From a virus (Duplodnaviria > Caudoviricetes), in the IMG/VR virus record IMGVR_UViG_3300051215_000040, positions 1 to 54,326 of that record: a DNA stretch of 54,326 nt. The stretch is one strand, 5' to 3'. The notes below the pieces were generated by a model. It saw only the letters and a list, made by a program, of their open reading frames with translations. It was not told the DNA's origin and made no database searches. The position numbers and the translations under genes are program-made. Positions 9,480 through 17,926 of this stretch are shown here, piece after piece (position 1 is the first letter of the stretch; every line of letters starts with the position of its first letter).

Positions 9480-12002
9480 ATGGCTGACGAACTTCTGAAC
9501 AACGGCGAAGACGAAAACCCCAGCGAGGACGATCAGCGCGGCGAGTCCGTCTCCCTGCCTGACGAGGACCTGGAGGTCGAGGACACCGAGGACGGCGGCG
9601 CCGTCATTCGGATGACCAACGAGCGCGACGTGGCCGACAAGAAAGCCCACTTCGCCAACATCGTCGACGAGGTCGATCGCAGCATGCTCAGCGACGCCGT
9701 GGTCGACCTGCTCGACAAGATCGAGCGCGACAAGGACGCCCGCTCCAAGCGCGACAAGCTCTACGAGGAAGGCCTGCGCCGCACCGGCCTGGGCGACGAT
9801 GCCCCGGGCGGCGCTCAATTCTCAGGCGCCAACAAGGTTGTGCACCCGATGCTGGTCGAGGCCTGCGTCGACTTCAGCGCCCGCTTCATGAAGGAGGTGT
9901 TCCCGCCTTCCGGCCCGGTCAAGTCCAAAATTCTGGGCGAGGTCGAGCCCGAGAAGCTGGAAAAAGCGCGCCGCAAGGCCGAGTTCATGAACTGGCAGAC
10001 CACGCAGCAGATGCCTGAGCTGCGCGGCGAGCTCGAGCAACTCTCGACGCAGCTGCCCCTGGGCGGCGGCCAGTACTTGAAGCTCATGTGGTCCCCGCAG
10101 TGGAATCGCCCGACGGCTGAGTTCATCGCCATCGACGACATTTACCTGCCGTTTGCGGCCACCAACTTCTACTCCGCTGAGCGCAAGACGCACGTTCAGT
10201 ACGTCACCAAGGCCGAGTTCAACCGCCGTATGAAGGCGGGCATGTACGCCGAGGTTGACATTGGCTCGCCCGACCAGATCGAGTTCAGCAAGGCCACGAT
10301 CGCCAACGACAAGATCGAAGGCCGCGAGGACACCAGCTACAACGAGGACGGCCTGCGGACCATCTTCGAGATTTACACCCACCTGGACTTCGGTGACGGC
10401 ATGGAGCCGTACATCATCAGCATCGACAAGTCCACGCGCATGGCTCTTGGCCTGTACCGCAACTGGGAGCCAGAGGACAAGCGCCGCAAGGAGCTGGACT
10501 GGATTGTCGAGTTCCCGTTCGTGCCATGGCGCGGCGCTTACCCGATCGGCCTGACCCACATGATCGGCGGCCTGTCGGGCGCAGCCACCGGCGCGCTGCG
10601 TGCGTTGCTGGACTCGGCTCACATCCAAAACATCCCGACGCTCTTGAAGCTCAAGGGCGGGCCTGGTGGCCAAACGATCAACGTGCAGCCAACCGAGGTG
10701 GTCGAGATCGAGGGCGGCGCTCTCGTCGACGACATTCGCAAGCTGGCCATGGCGCTGCCGTTCAACGGCCCATCGCCCACGCTGTTCCAGCTGCTCGGCT
10801 TCCTGGTGGACGCCGGAAAGGGCGTGGTGCAGACCTCGTTCGAGAAGCTCGCCGACCAAAACCCCAACGCTCCTGTCGGCACCACGCTGGCGCTGATCGA
10901 GCAGGGCATGGTGGTGTTCAGCTCCATCCACTCGCGCCTGCACAACTCGATGGCCCGCGTGTTCCAGATCCTGCACCGGATCAACAGCGCGTACCTGACC
11001 GAGGAAGACATCGAGGCCATGGAAAACGGCCTGGACGTCAAGCCAGAGGACTTCGACGGCCCGATGGACGTTGTGCCTGTGAGCGACCCCGCCATCTTCA
11101 GCGAGGCTCAGCGCTTCGCTCAGGTGCAGGCCGTGCAGCAGCGCGCGGCGGCCATGCCGCAGATGTACGACCTGCGCAAGGTCGAGGAAATGTTCCTGCG
11201 CAACTTGAAGCTCAGCCCAGACGACGTGCTGCAGCCCGAGCCTGGCCAGGACGACGTTGACCCGGTGAGTGAGAACGTGGCCGCCTCGATGGGCCGCCCG
11301 ATTTACGTGCTGCCCAAGCAGGACCACGTGGCGCACATTCAGACGCACTTGGCTTTCCTGAAGTCGCCGATCTTTGGCATGAACCCGGCGATCATCAAGA
11401 CGTACATTTACCCGATGGCGCAGCACCTGCGTGACCACCTGTTGAACTTTTACCTCACGCAAGCCCACGAGGCCGTGCAGCGCGCCGAGCGCGAGAAGCT
11501 GATCAGCAGCGACGCCGAGCAGCAAGTGCGCGTGATCTTGAAGGTCCAGCAGATCATCGAGCAACAGCTGGCCAACTTTGCGCAGGACCTGGCCAAGATC
11601 GACGAGATGGCGCAGCAGTTTGCACCGCAGCCGCCGCAGATGCCGCAGGACAAGAGCATGGAGATTGCCCAGCTCAACGCGCAGGTGCAGCAGCTGGCTT
11701 TAAATCAGCGCGCTCAGTCCGACGCACAGCGCCAGCAGATCGAGCAAGCCAAGCTGGTACAAAAGCAGCAATCCGATCAGCTGGCCCTGGCCGACAAGCA
11801 GCAGTCGCGTGCCGAAGACCTGCAGCGCGAGCAACTGCGCCAGGCCTCGGAAAACGAGCGCACAGCGGCAGAGATCGACGCTAAGCTGACGATGAACGAC
11901 GCGGACAACGCCACGGCCATGCGCCTGGCCGCTGCCGAAATCGCATCCGGCGAGAAGGTGGCTGTCAGCACCGGTACCGGCATCAACCCAGGCACACGTT
12001 AA
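9480..12002 (+). CDS. Portal protein
   Basis: 840 aa; VHPMLVEACVDF, EFMNWQ, PVGTTLALIEQG, S(S)IHSRLH motifs and Gln-rich coiled-coil C-terminus, as in P22-like portals; lies between terL and capsid. Confidence 0.88.
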   Translation: MADELLNNGEDENPSEDDQRGESVSLPDEDLEVEDTEDGGAVIRMTNERDVADKKAHFANIVDEVDRSMLSDAVVDLLDKIERDKDARSKRDKLYEEGLRRTGLGDDAPGGAQFSGANKVVHPMLVEACVDFSARFMKEVFPPSGPVKSKILGEVEPEKLEKARRKAEFMNWQTTQQMPELRGELEQLSTQLPLGGGQYLKLMWSPQWNRPTAEFIAIDDIYLPFAATNFYSAERKTHVQYVTKAEFNRRMKAGMYAEVDIGSPDQIEFSKATIANDKIEGREDTSYNEDGLRTIFEIYTHLDFGDGMEPYIISIDKSTRMALGLYRNWEPEDKRRKELDWIVEFPFVPWRGAYPIGLTHMIGGLSGAATGALRALLDSAHIQNIPTLLKLKGGPGGQTINVQPTEVVEIEGGALVDDIRKLAMALPFNGPSPTLFQLLGFLVDAGKGVVQTSFEKLADQNPNAPVGTTLALIEQGMVVFSSIHSRLHNSMARVFQILHRINSAYLTEEDIEAMENGLDVKPEDFDGPMDVVPVSDPAIFSEAQRFAQVQAVQQRAAAMPQMYDLRKVEEMFLRNLKLSPDDVLQPEPGQDDVDPVSENVAASMGRPIYVLPKQDHVAHIQTHLAFLKSPIFGMNPAIIKTYIYPMAQHLRDHLLNFYLTQAHEAVQRAEREKLISSDAEQQVRVILKVQQIIEQQLANFAQDLAKIDEMAQQFAPQPPQMPQDKSMEIAQLNAQVQQLALNQRAQSDAQRQQIEQAKLVQKQQSDQLALADKQQSRAEDLQREQLRQASENERTAAEIDAKLTMNDADNATAMRLAAAEIASGEKVAVSTGTGINPGTR

Positions 12003-12021
12003 TTTTCATAAGGAGCACACC

Positions 12022-12159
12022 ATGAGCGACAAACCCACCCAAGGCACAGTGCCAATGACCGGCGCGCTGGTCAAGCAACACCACCGCATGGCCGCTGGCC
12101 AGCCCGTGACCGGCCAGACCCTGCCGGCCGCACCCTCGATGCCAAAGACGCCCTGCTGA
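12022..12159 (+). CDS. 45-aa hypothetical protein (not in ORF track)
   Basis: AAGGAG RBS; MSDKPTQG...PKTPC; TGATG coupling to the next gene. Confidence 0.6.
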   Translation: MSDKPTQGTVPMTGALVKQHHRMAAGQPVTGQTLPAAPSMPKTPC

Positions 12160-12356
12160 TGGCAGTCGAGGACCGCCTGCTCGGAAAGCTCAAAGCTGAC
12201 CAGCAGGCTTTTGCGCTTGAGGCTCTCAAGCGCCCGGTCGATCGCGACGCTTTCGAGTACGGATACCGAGTGGGCATGGTTGCAGGATACGAAGCAGCCA
12301 TCCGAGCCCTGCTCGACCTTCTGGACGACGAGCGCCACGGCGACCGAGACCTGTGA
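12159..12356 (+). CDS. Hypothetical protein (conserved before GroES-like gene)
   Basis: 65 aa; DAFEYGYRVG..GY motif; coupled to the upstream ORF. Confidence 0.7.
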   Translation: MAVEDRLLGKLKADQQAFALEALKRPVDRDAFEYGYRVGMVAGYEAAIRALLDLLDDERHGDRDL

Positions 12357-12412
12357 TTTGCACGGGTCTGTGACGATTTTTTGAGGGTGGCCGCTGTGGC
12401 CGCCGACAACAA

Positions 12413-12428
12413 CTGCTGAAAGGAGCAG
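12413..12428 (+). promoter_or_regulatory. RBS-containing hairpin CTGCT-GAAAGG-AGCAG
   Basis: Core GCTGAAAGGAGC recurs at 14867 (+) and 43592-43603 (-), each just before a start codon. Confidence 0.5.
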
Positions 12429-12431
12429 AGC

Positions 12432-12827
12432 ATGAGCGAAGCATTGATCGAGGCTTTTCCGGATGCCGACCCAGGCATCACCCCTTTTGGAAGCCGTGTC
12501 CTGGTGCAAATCCGCAGCCCCAAGACCAAAACCGCCTCCGGCATCATCATCGACAACGGCTCGCGTGACACTGAGAAGTGGAACACGCAGGTGGCTAAGG
12601 TGATCAGCGTCGGCGCGTTGGCTTTCAAGAACCGAAACACCATGGACTCCTGGCCCGAGGGCAGCTGGTGCAAGCCGGGCGACTTCGTGCGCGTGGCCAA
12701 GTACGGCGGCGACCGCTGGGAAGTCCCCCTGCCAAACGGCGAGACCGCGCTGTTCGTGATCTTCAACGATCTGGACATCATCGGCCAAGTGACCGGCGAC
12801 CCGCTGGCCATTCGTGCGTTCATCTGA
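12432..12827 (+). CDS. GroES/Cpn10-like co-chaperonin
   Basis: PFGSRVLVQ...KTASGII...AKVISVG...KPGDFV..AKYGG...IFNDLDIIG matches the Cpn10 pattern. Confidence 0.85.
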   Translation: MSEALIEAFPDADPGITPFGSRVLVQIRSPKTKTASGIIIDNGSRDTEKWNTQVAKVISVGALAFKNRNTMDSWPEGSWCKPGDFVRVAKYGGDRWEVPLPNGETALFVIFNDLDIIGQVTGDPLAIRAFI

Positions 12828-12836
12828 GGGGCCGAC

Positions 12837-13358
12837 ATGCAACGCTACATCGGCACCAAACTGATCAACGCCAAGCCCATGACCCGGGCTGAGTACAACG
12901 CCTTCCGTGGCTGGACCGTTCCGGCTGACGAGAACCCCGACGACGCCGGCTACCTGGTCGAGTACGTTGACGGCGGCAAGGGCAACACCGACCATTACGC
13001 CGGCTATGTGAGCTGGTCGCCCGCTGACGTTTTTGACCGGGCCTACCGTCCGTGCGACGGCATGACGTTTGGCCAGGCGCTCGAAGCCCTCAAAGCTGGC
13101 CAAAAGGTCGCCCGGGCTGGCTGGAATGGCAAGGGGATGTGGCTGTCGCTGTCCTGCGACGGTGAGCGCGAAGTGCCCGCTGAAAACTTCTGGTCACCCC
13201 ACAACGCGCAGTTTGCCCGCGACAACGGCGGCACAGCGATTGTGCTGCCCAGCATCACCATGAAGACGACCAACGCTCAAGGGCGTGTGGCAATCCTGAT
13301 GGGTTGGCTCGCAAGCCAGACCGACATGCTTTGTGAAGACTGGAGGGTAGTGGAATGA
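12837..13358 (+). CDS. DUF2829/Tad2-family protein with extra N-terminal YIGTK...SWSP domain (putative anti-defence sponge)
   Basis: C-terminal half MTFGQALEALKAGQKVARAGWNGKGMWL...GWLASQTDMLCEDW is the DUF2829 signature. Confidence 0.8.
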   Translation: MQRYIGTKLINAKPMTRAEYNAFRGWTVPADENPDDAGYLVEYVDGGKGNTDHYAGYVSWSPADVFDRAYRPCDGMTFGQALEALKAGQKVARAGWNGKGMWLSLSCDGEREVPAENFWSPHNAQFARDNGGTAIVLPSITMKTTNAQGRVAILMGWLASQTDMLCEDWRVVE

Positions 13359-13798
13359 GCACCGACGCACAAATCGAACAGGAAATCCAAGCCAAAGGCA
13401 AGACGGCCGCGCGCATCACGCCTGCGGACATTGAGGCCAACATCGCCAGCGAGCACTACTTCACGGCTGGCGAAGGTGCATGGGCTTGTCGGGTTAACGA
13501 AGGAAAGCCGATGGAGAATTTTCTCCTTCCTGAATCGCTCCGCCTTCTCACATTTTGCGTGCTGGTGCTGCGTAACGGCTTCACCGTCACCGGCGAGTCG
13601 GCCTGCGCCAGTCCTGAGAACTTCGACGCTGAGATCGGCCGTAAGGTTGCCCGCGCCAACGCCGTGCAGAAAATCTGGCCCCTGATGGGCTACGAGCTGC
13701 GCAGCAAGCTGGCCGCCCAAGCCGCTCTCGACGAAGACTTCCCCCTCGGCAAAGCCTGCGCCACATCCGGCGAAGGTTCGTGCGAGGCCTGCCAATAA
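13355..13798 (+). CDS. N4 Gp49/Sf6 gp66-family protein (Acb4-like sponge candidate)
   Basis: RITPADIEANI...LTFCVLVLRNGFTVTGESACASPENFDAEIGRKVARANAVQKIWPLMGY is the Gp49 family signature. Confidence 0.8.
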   Translation: MSTDAQIEQEIQAKGKTAARITPADIEANIASEHYFTAGEGAWACRVNEGKPMENFLLPESLRLLTFCVLVLRNGFTVTGESACASPENFDAEIGRKVARANAVQKIWPLMGYELRSKLAAQAALDEDFPLGKACATSGEGSCEACQ

Positions 13799-13816
13799 CC
13801 AAACAAGGAGCTCAAA

Positions 13817-14818
13817 ATGCCAACCCTGAGAGAAGACGACGAGCGTCCAGACGACAACCGTCCCAACAACGAGGAAATCGTCATCGTTGAAGACAAGCCT
13901 GGTGTCAACCAAAACCAGGACAACGACGACGACAACGAAGACGACGCCCGACTTGGCGGCAGCGAAGACGGCGGTGCAGACGACGGCAACGACGCCGAGC
14001 GCGCCGCCATCCGCGAGCGCCGCCGCCTGGAAAAGCTCGAGCGCAAGGACCGCCGCGAGCAGGCGATCAAGCGCGACAAGCTGGAGCTGGACTTCCTGCG
14101 CAAGCGCAATGACGACCTTGAGCGCCGCCTCGGCACCGTCGAGCATCGCACGCACCAGGCTGACCTCTCGCAGATCGACACCCAGATCGCCCAGGCAAAG
14201 AACGAGGCCGAGATGGCCGAGCGCGTCATCGCCAAGGCTGTTGCAGCTGGAAACGGTGACGATGTGGCGCAGGCCATGCGCTACCGCGACCAAGCGATGC
14301 AAAAGGCCAACCAGCTGGCATTTGCCAAGCAGCAGGCCATGGTGCAGCGCCAGCAGGCCAACCAGCCCAAGAACGAAGGCCTGGACGACATGGCCATGCA
14401 CTTTGCCAAGGAGTTCATCACGGAAAACTCGTGGTACGACCCCAAGGGCCAAGACGAGGACAGCGCAATCGTGCTGGCCATCGACGGCGCTTTGCACCGT
14501 GAAGGCTTCCGCCCTGACACCGAGGAGTACTGGGACGAGCTGCGCGACCGCGCCGCCCGACGCATCCCTGAGCGCTTCAAAGCGACCGGCGGTGCCAAGG
14601 ACAGCCAGCGCCAGCAAACCACACCGCCTCGCCAACAACGCGGCGGACCTGCTATCGGCTCTGGCCGTGAGCACGCGCCAACATCAACCCGCACTGAGGT
14701 GTACGTCAGCCCCGAGCGCAAGCAGGCGCTGATTGACGCTGGGGTCTGGGATGATCCAGTGCTTCGCATGAAGTACGTCAAACGCTACGCGGAATATGAC
14801 CGCAACAACCGCGCGTAA
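13817..14818 (+). CDS. Capsid scaffolding protein (putative)
   Basis: Acidic disordered N-terminus, long coiled coil, NxW(Y/F) motif, short C-terminal helix; upstream of the capsid gene; AAGGAG RBS. Confidence 0.7.
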   Translation: MPTLREDDERPDDNRPNNEEIVIVEDKPGVNQNQDNDDDNEDDARLGGSEDGGADDGNDAERAAIRERRRLEKLERKDRREQAIKRDKLELDFLRKRNDDLERRLGTVEHRTHQADLSQIDTQIAQAKNEAEMAERVIAKAVAAGNGDDVAQAMRYRDQAMQKANQLAFAKQQAMVQRQQANQPKNEGLDDMAMHFAKEFITENSWYDPKGQDEDSAIVLAIDGALHREGFRPDTEEYWDELRDRAARRIPERFKATGGAKDSQRQQTTPPRQQRGGPAIGSGREHAPTSTRTEVYVSPERKQALIDAGVWDDPVLRMKYVKRYAEYDRNNRA

Positions 14819-14827
14819 AAAATCGCG

Positions 14828-14855
14828 TTGTGTTTTTCCAAATTCAACCTATAAT
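14828..14855 (+). promoter_or_regulatory. Sigma70-like promoter for capsid genes
   Basis: TTGTGT-N16-TATAAT in an AT-rich intergenic gap. Confidence 0.55.
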
Positions 14856-14864
14856 TTTTCCCAA

Positions 14865-14880
14865 TCGCTGAAAGGAGCGA
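14865..14880 (+). promoter_or_regulatory. RBS-containing hairpin TCGCT-GAAAGG-AGCGA
   Basis: Second copy of the GCTGAAAGGAGC core; outer stem differs but still pairs; ATG at 14884. Confidence 0.5.
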
Positions 14881-14883
14881 GAA

Positions 14884-15414
14884 ATGTCCGACGAACGCTT
14901 AAAGAAATCCGCTGGTGACAACCGTGAGAATCGTGCGATGGTAGATCGCGCGGCAACAGAATCACGCGCCCTGTCCGATGATGAGCGGGTTGAAATGTTC
15001 CGACAGCAGTTCCACCAGTCCTCACTTCCGGACTTACCAAAACTCGACGGCTGGCATTGCTGCTGGCTGACCACTGCGAATCCACGCGACTCCATCCACA
15101 TGCGTATGCGTCTGGGTTACGAGCCTTTGAAGCCAAGCGACGTGCCTGGCTGGGACTATGTCACCCTCAAGACCGGTGACTGGCAAGGCTTCATTGGTGT
15201 CAATGAGATGCTTGCTTTCAAGCTCCCCATGAGTTTGTACGAAAAGTACATGCAGGAAGCTCACCACGACGCGCCAATGCGCGAAGAGGAAAAGCTGACT
15301 GACACGGCGGAGTTCATGGAGCAGCAAGCTCGCGCGTCTGGATCACGCATGGATGCGGGTGACGGTATGACGGAAATTGGGCAAAGACGGTCCGCTCATT
15401 TTGAGCTGACCTGA
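14884..15414 (+). CDS. Conserved head-module hypothetical protein
   Basis: 176 aa with RBS; GW..CW...GYEP...IGVNEMLAFKLP; between scaffold and capsid. Confidence 0.7.
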   Translation: MSDERLKKSAGDNRENRAMVDRAATESRALSDDERVEMFRQQFHQSSLPDLPKLDGWHCCWLTTANPRDSIHMRMRLGYEPLKPSDVPGWDYVTLKTGDWQGFIGVNEMLAFKLPMSLYEKYMQEAHHDAPMREEEKLTDTAEFMEQQARASGSRMDAGDGMTEIGQRRSAHFELT

Positions 15415-15452
15415 ACAGTTCAGTCCATTCAACCCCTTAAGGAGTACGCACT

Positions 15453-16046
15453 ATGTCCTCGACTAGCGCACCTTTTGGCTTCCGCGCCTCTTACCACAAC
15501 AGTGGTCAGATGCGTCCGAAAGCCTACACCGTAGCGAGCACCTACGCCGCCAACATTTTCTCGGGTGACCCCGTGAAGTTGACCGACGCTGGTGTGATTC
15601 AACTGGGCACCTCTGACGGCACCCGTTCTGGCACCACCGATGGCGTTACCCTCCTGGGTATCTTCGCCGGCTGCCAGTACAACGACGCCACTGGCCGCCC
15701 CACCATCAGCCCCTTCTGGCCCTCCGGCGTCACCGCGACCAACATCATCGCTTGGGTGTACGACGATCCAGAAACGCTGTTCGATGTGCAGTACAACAAC
15801 CCCTCCGCTGGTACCACCGTGCAAACGGCTGTCGGCGAAGAGTGCGATTGGACTGTCGCCTCGCCTGGTGGCTCGACCCAAACGGGCCTGAGCAACACCT
15901 ACCTCACCGCCATCCAATCCACATCTGGCCAGTTCCAGATCACTGGTTTCGGATACAACATCAACGACTCGCTGACTGACGCTTATGTCACGGCCACTGT
16001 TCGCATCAACGAACACGCCTACAAAGCAGCAGTCAACAGCATCTAA
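15453..16046 (+). CDS. Capsid decoration/minor head protein (putative)
   Basis: APFGF..., NIFSGDPV, GIFAGCQY, VYDDP motifs; Thr/Ser-rich; immediately upstream of the capsid gene. Confidence 0.65.
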   Translation: MSSTSAPFGFRASYHNSGQMRPKAYTVASTYAANIFSGDPVKLTDAGVIQLGTSDGTRSGTTDGVTLLGIFAGCQYNDATGRPTISPFWPSGVTATNIIAWVYDDPETLFDVQYNNPSAGTTVQTAVGEECDWTVASPGGSTQTGLSNTYLTAIQSTSGQFQITGFGYNINDSLTDAYVTATVRINEHAYKAAVNSI

Positions 16047-16059
16047 GGAGGGCTGAAAC

Positions 16060-16974
16060 ATGGCAACCCCAATGCGCAGTACGGACTTCCGGTCCGTTGT
16101 TGAACCCATCCTGAACGAGGTGTTCGACGGTGTGTACGAGCAGCGTGCCGACGAGTGGAAACAAGTGTTCCGCGAGCAAAAAGGCATCCCGCGCAACTAC
16201 CACGAAGAGCCCGTCCTGTACGGCTTCGGTGCAGCTCCTGAGCTGCCCGACGGCATGGCAGTGACGTACCAGTCCGGTGGCGTGCTGTTCCTGCAGCGCT
16301 ACCTGTACAAGGTGTACGGCTTGGCCTTCGCCCTGACCAAAGTGCTGGTCGAGGACGGTGACCACATCCGTATCGGTCAGACCTACGCCAAGCACCTGGC
16401 TCAGTCCCTGATCGAAACCAAAGAAACCCTGGCAGCCAACATCCTGAACCGCGCTTTCAACGGCGCGTACACCGGTGGTGACGGCGTGTCCCTGGTTTCC
16501 ACGGCTCACCCGATCGTCAACGGCACGTTCAGCAACCAGCTGTCCACCGCTGCCGCCCTGTCGCAGACGTCCCTCGAGCAGATCCTGATTCAGATCCGCA
16601 ACGCAGTGGACAACAACGGCAAGCGTATCCGCCTGACACCCAAGAAGATCGTTTCCGGTCCTTCCAACGTGTTCCAGGCTGAGGTGCTCCTGAAGTCTGT
16701 GCTGCGCACCGGCACCGCCGACAACGACATCAACCCGGTGAAGTCGATGGGCTTGCTGGCCGAAGGCCAAGCCAACCTGTCTCGTATCACCAGCACCACC
16801 GCCTGGTGGGTTCAGACCGACGCCCCCGAAGGTCTGAAGCTGATGATGCGTCGCGGCCTGGAGAAATCCATGGAAGGCGACTTCGAAACCGACAGCATGC
16901 GCTACAAGGCCACCGAGCGTTACGCTCTGGGCTGGACCGACCCGCGCGGCGTGTTCGGTACCGCTGGCGTCTAA
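16060..16974 (+). CDS. Major capsid protein (Mu gpT-like, HK97 fold)
   Basis: 304 aa; strong RBS and biased codon usage; GFGAAPE...YGLAFALT.E..EDG, GGDGVSL..TAHP, EGDFETDSMRYKATERY..GWTDPRG. Confidence 0.9.
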   Translation: MATPMRSTDFRSVVEPILNEVFDGVYEQRADEWKQVFREQKGIPRNYHEEPVLYGFGAAPELPDGMAVTYQSGGVLFLQRYLYKVYGLAFALTKVLVEDGDHIRIGQTYAKHLAQSLIETKETLAANILNRAFNGAYTGGDGVSLVSTAHPIVNGTFSNQLSTAAALSQTSLEQILIQIRNAVDNNGKRIRLTPKKIVSGPSNVFQAEVLLKSVLRTGTADNDINPVKSMGLLAEGQANLSRITSTTAWWVQTDAPEGLKLMMRRGLEKSMEGDFETDSMRYKATERYALGWTDPRGVFGTAGV

Positions 16975-16990
16975 TCCAAGGCGTCAAGTG

Positions 16991-17018
16991 AAGCCCCTGC
17001 CCACAAGGCGGGGGCTTT
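16991..17018 (+). terminator. Hairpin after capsid gene (weak terminator or stabiliser)
   Basis: AAGCCCCTGCC-CACAA-GGCGGGGGCTT, 11-bp stem with only a short T run. Confidence 0.55.
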
Positions 17019-17020
17019 GC

Positions 17021-17102
17021 TGGGCACCTTCAATCCAGCGCAGCAGACGGCCCGCCCTGGCCGACGACATGCAGACGGCTGCGCAAAACTCGCATGTGAG
17101 GA
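17021..17102 (+). ncRNA. Pseudoknotted RNA element downstream of gpT-like capsid gene (Mu-gpT-DE-like candidate)
   Basis: GCGCAGC 17038-44 pairs with GCTGCGC 17078-84; ACATGC 17067-72 pairs with GCATGT 17092-97 (crossing); abuts the GAGGA RBS. Confidence 0.5.
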
Positions 17103-17108
17103 ATCATC

Positions 17109-17318
17109 ATGGCTCAAACCACTTTCAGCGGCCCCGTCAAATCGAACGCCGGCTTCCTGTTCCCCGTCACGACGACCGCCAACCTGCCCGCTGCCAGCAG
17201 CGTCGCCGCAGGCACCGCCTACGTCATTTCTGACAACGGCGCCGGCAACGACGAGTACTGCGTTGTCATCAGCACCGGCTCTGCCTGGGTGACCGCCGTC
17301 GGCGCTGCTCTGAGCTGA
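17109..17318 (+). CDS. Small virion protein (head fibre/decoration-like)
   Basis: N-terminal MAQTTFSGPVKS motif typical of the gene following this capsid type. Confidence 0.75.
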   Translation: MAQTTFSGPVKSNAGFLFPVTTTANLPAASSVAAGTAYVISDNGAGNDEYCVVISTGSAWVTAVGAALS

Positions 17319-17323
17319 TCTCC

Positions 17324-17358
17324 TGCGTCATGACGCACCCCACCAACCGGTGGGGTTT
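17324..17358 (+). promoter_or_regulatory. 14-bp palindrome plus hairpin
   Basis: TGCGTCATGACGCA (17324-17337), then ACCCCACC-AACC-GGTGGGGT-TT. Confidence 0.4.
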
Positions 17359-17381
17359 CATTCAAACCAGGAGATCACCTC

Positions 17382-17645
17382 ATGATGACCGACAAATTAG
17401 GCTACAAGCCGGTTGCAGCCGAGACTGCTGTGATCAAAGCCACCCCCGCCGGACTGTTCTCGGTGACCTGCATCGTCGCGGGCGCCGTCACGGTCTACGA
17501 CAACGCATCTGCGGCCAGCGGCAACATCCTCTACAAAAAGACAATGGCAGAGGGTGAAATCGCAACTTGGGCCAGCCACGGTATTGCAGCCAACAACGGC
17601 CTGGTGGTCGTGGCCGCTGGTACCGTGAACGTTGCTTACACCTGA
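17382..17645 (+). CDS. Small virion structural protein (putative)
   Basis: AGGAG RBS; beta-rich 87 aa with VTVYDNASAASG...GI motif. Confidence 0.7.
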   Translation: MMTDKLGYKPVAAETAVIKATPAGLFSVTCIVAGAVTVYDNASAASGNILYKKTMAEGEIATWASHGIAANNGLVVVAAGTVNVAYT

Positions 17646-17668
17646 TCCAGGCGCGGAAGGTTCGCGCC

Positions 17669-17914
17669 ATGGAAATGATGGTCTGGAATATCGTACTGAC
17701 AGCAATCGTCGCCCTGCTTGGATTTGTCGTGAAAGAGAAATTCGCCGAGCTTCAGCGCATCAGTATCTTGCTCAACAAGACGCGCGAGGAAATCGCACGC
17801 GATCACATCACCCGCACCGAGTTCCGGGCGGATATGCAACAGCTCATGGACCGGTTTGACCGCCTTGAGCGCAAGATCGACAACCTCAAAGCGCCCACTC
17901 ACGAGCGCGACTGA
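17669..17914 (+). CDS. Single-TM plus coiled-coil protein (holin/antiholin-like)
   Basis: N-terminal hydrophobic helix VWNIVLTAIVALLGFVV; LLNKTREE...FDRLERKID coiled coil. Confidence 0.7.
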   Translation: MEMMVWNIVLTAIVALLGFVVKEKFAELQRISILLNKTREEIARDHITRTEFRADMQQLMDRFDRLERKIDNLKAPTHERD

Positions 17915-17926
17915 CTGGAGAAAAAC

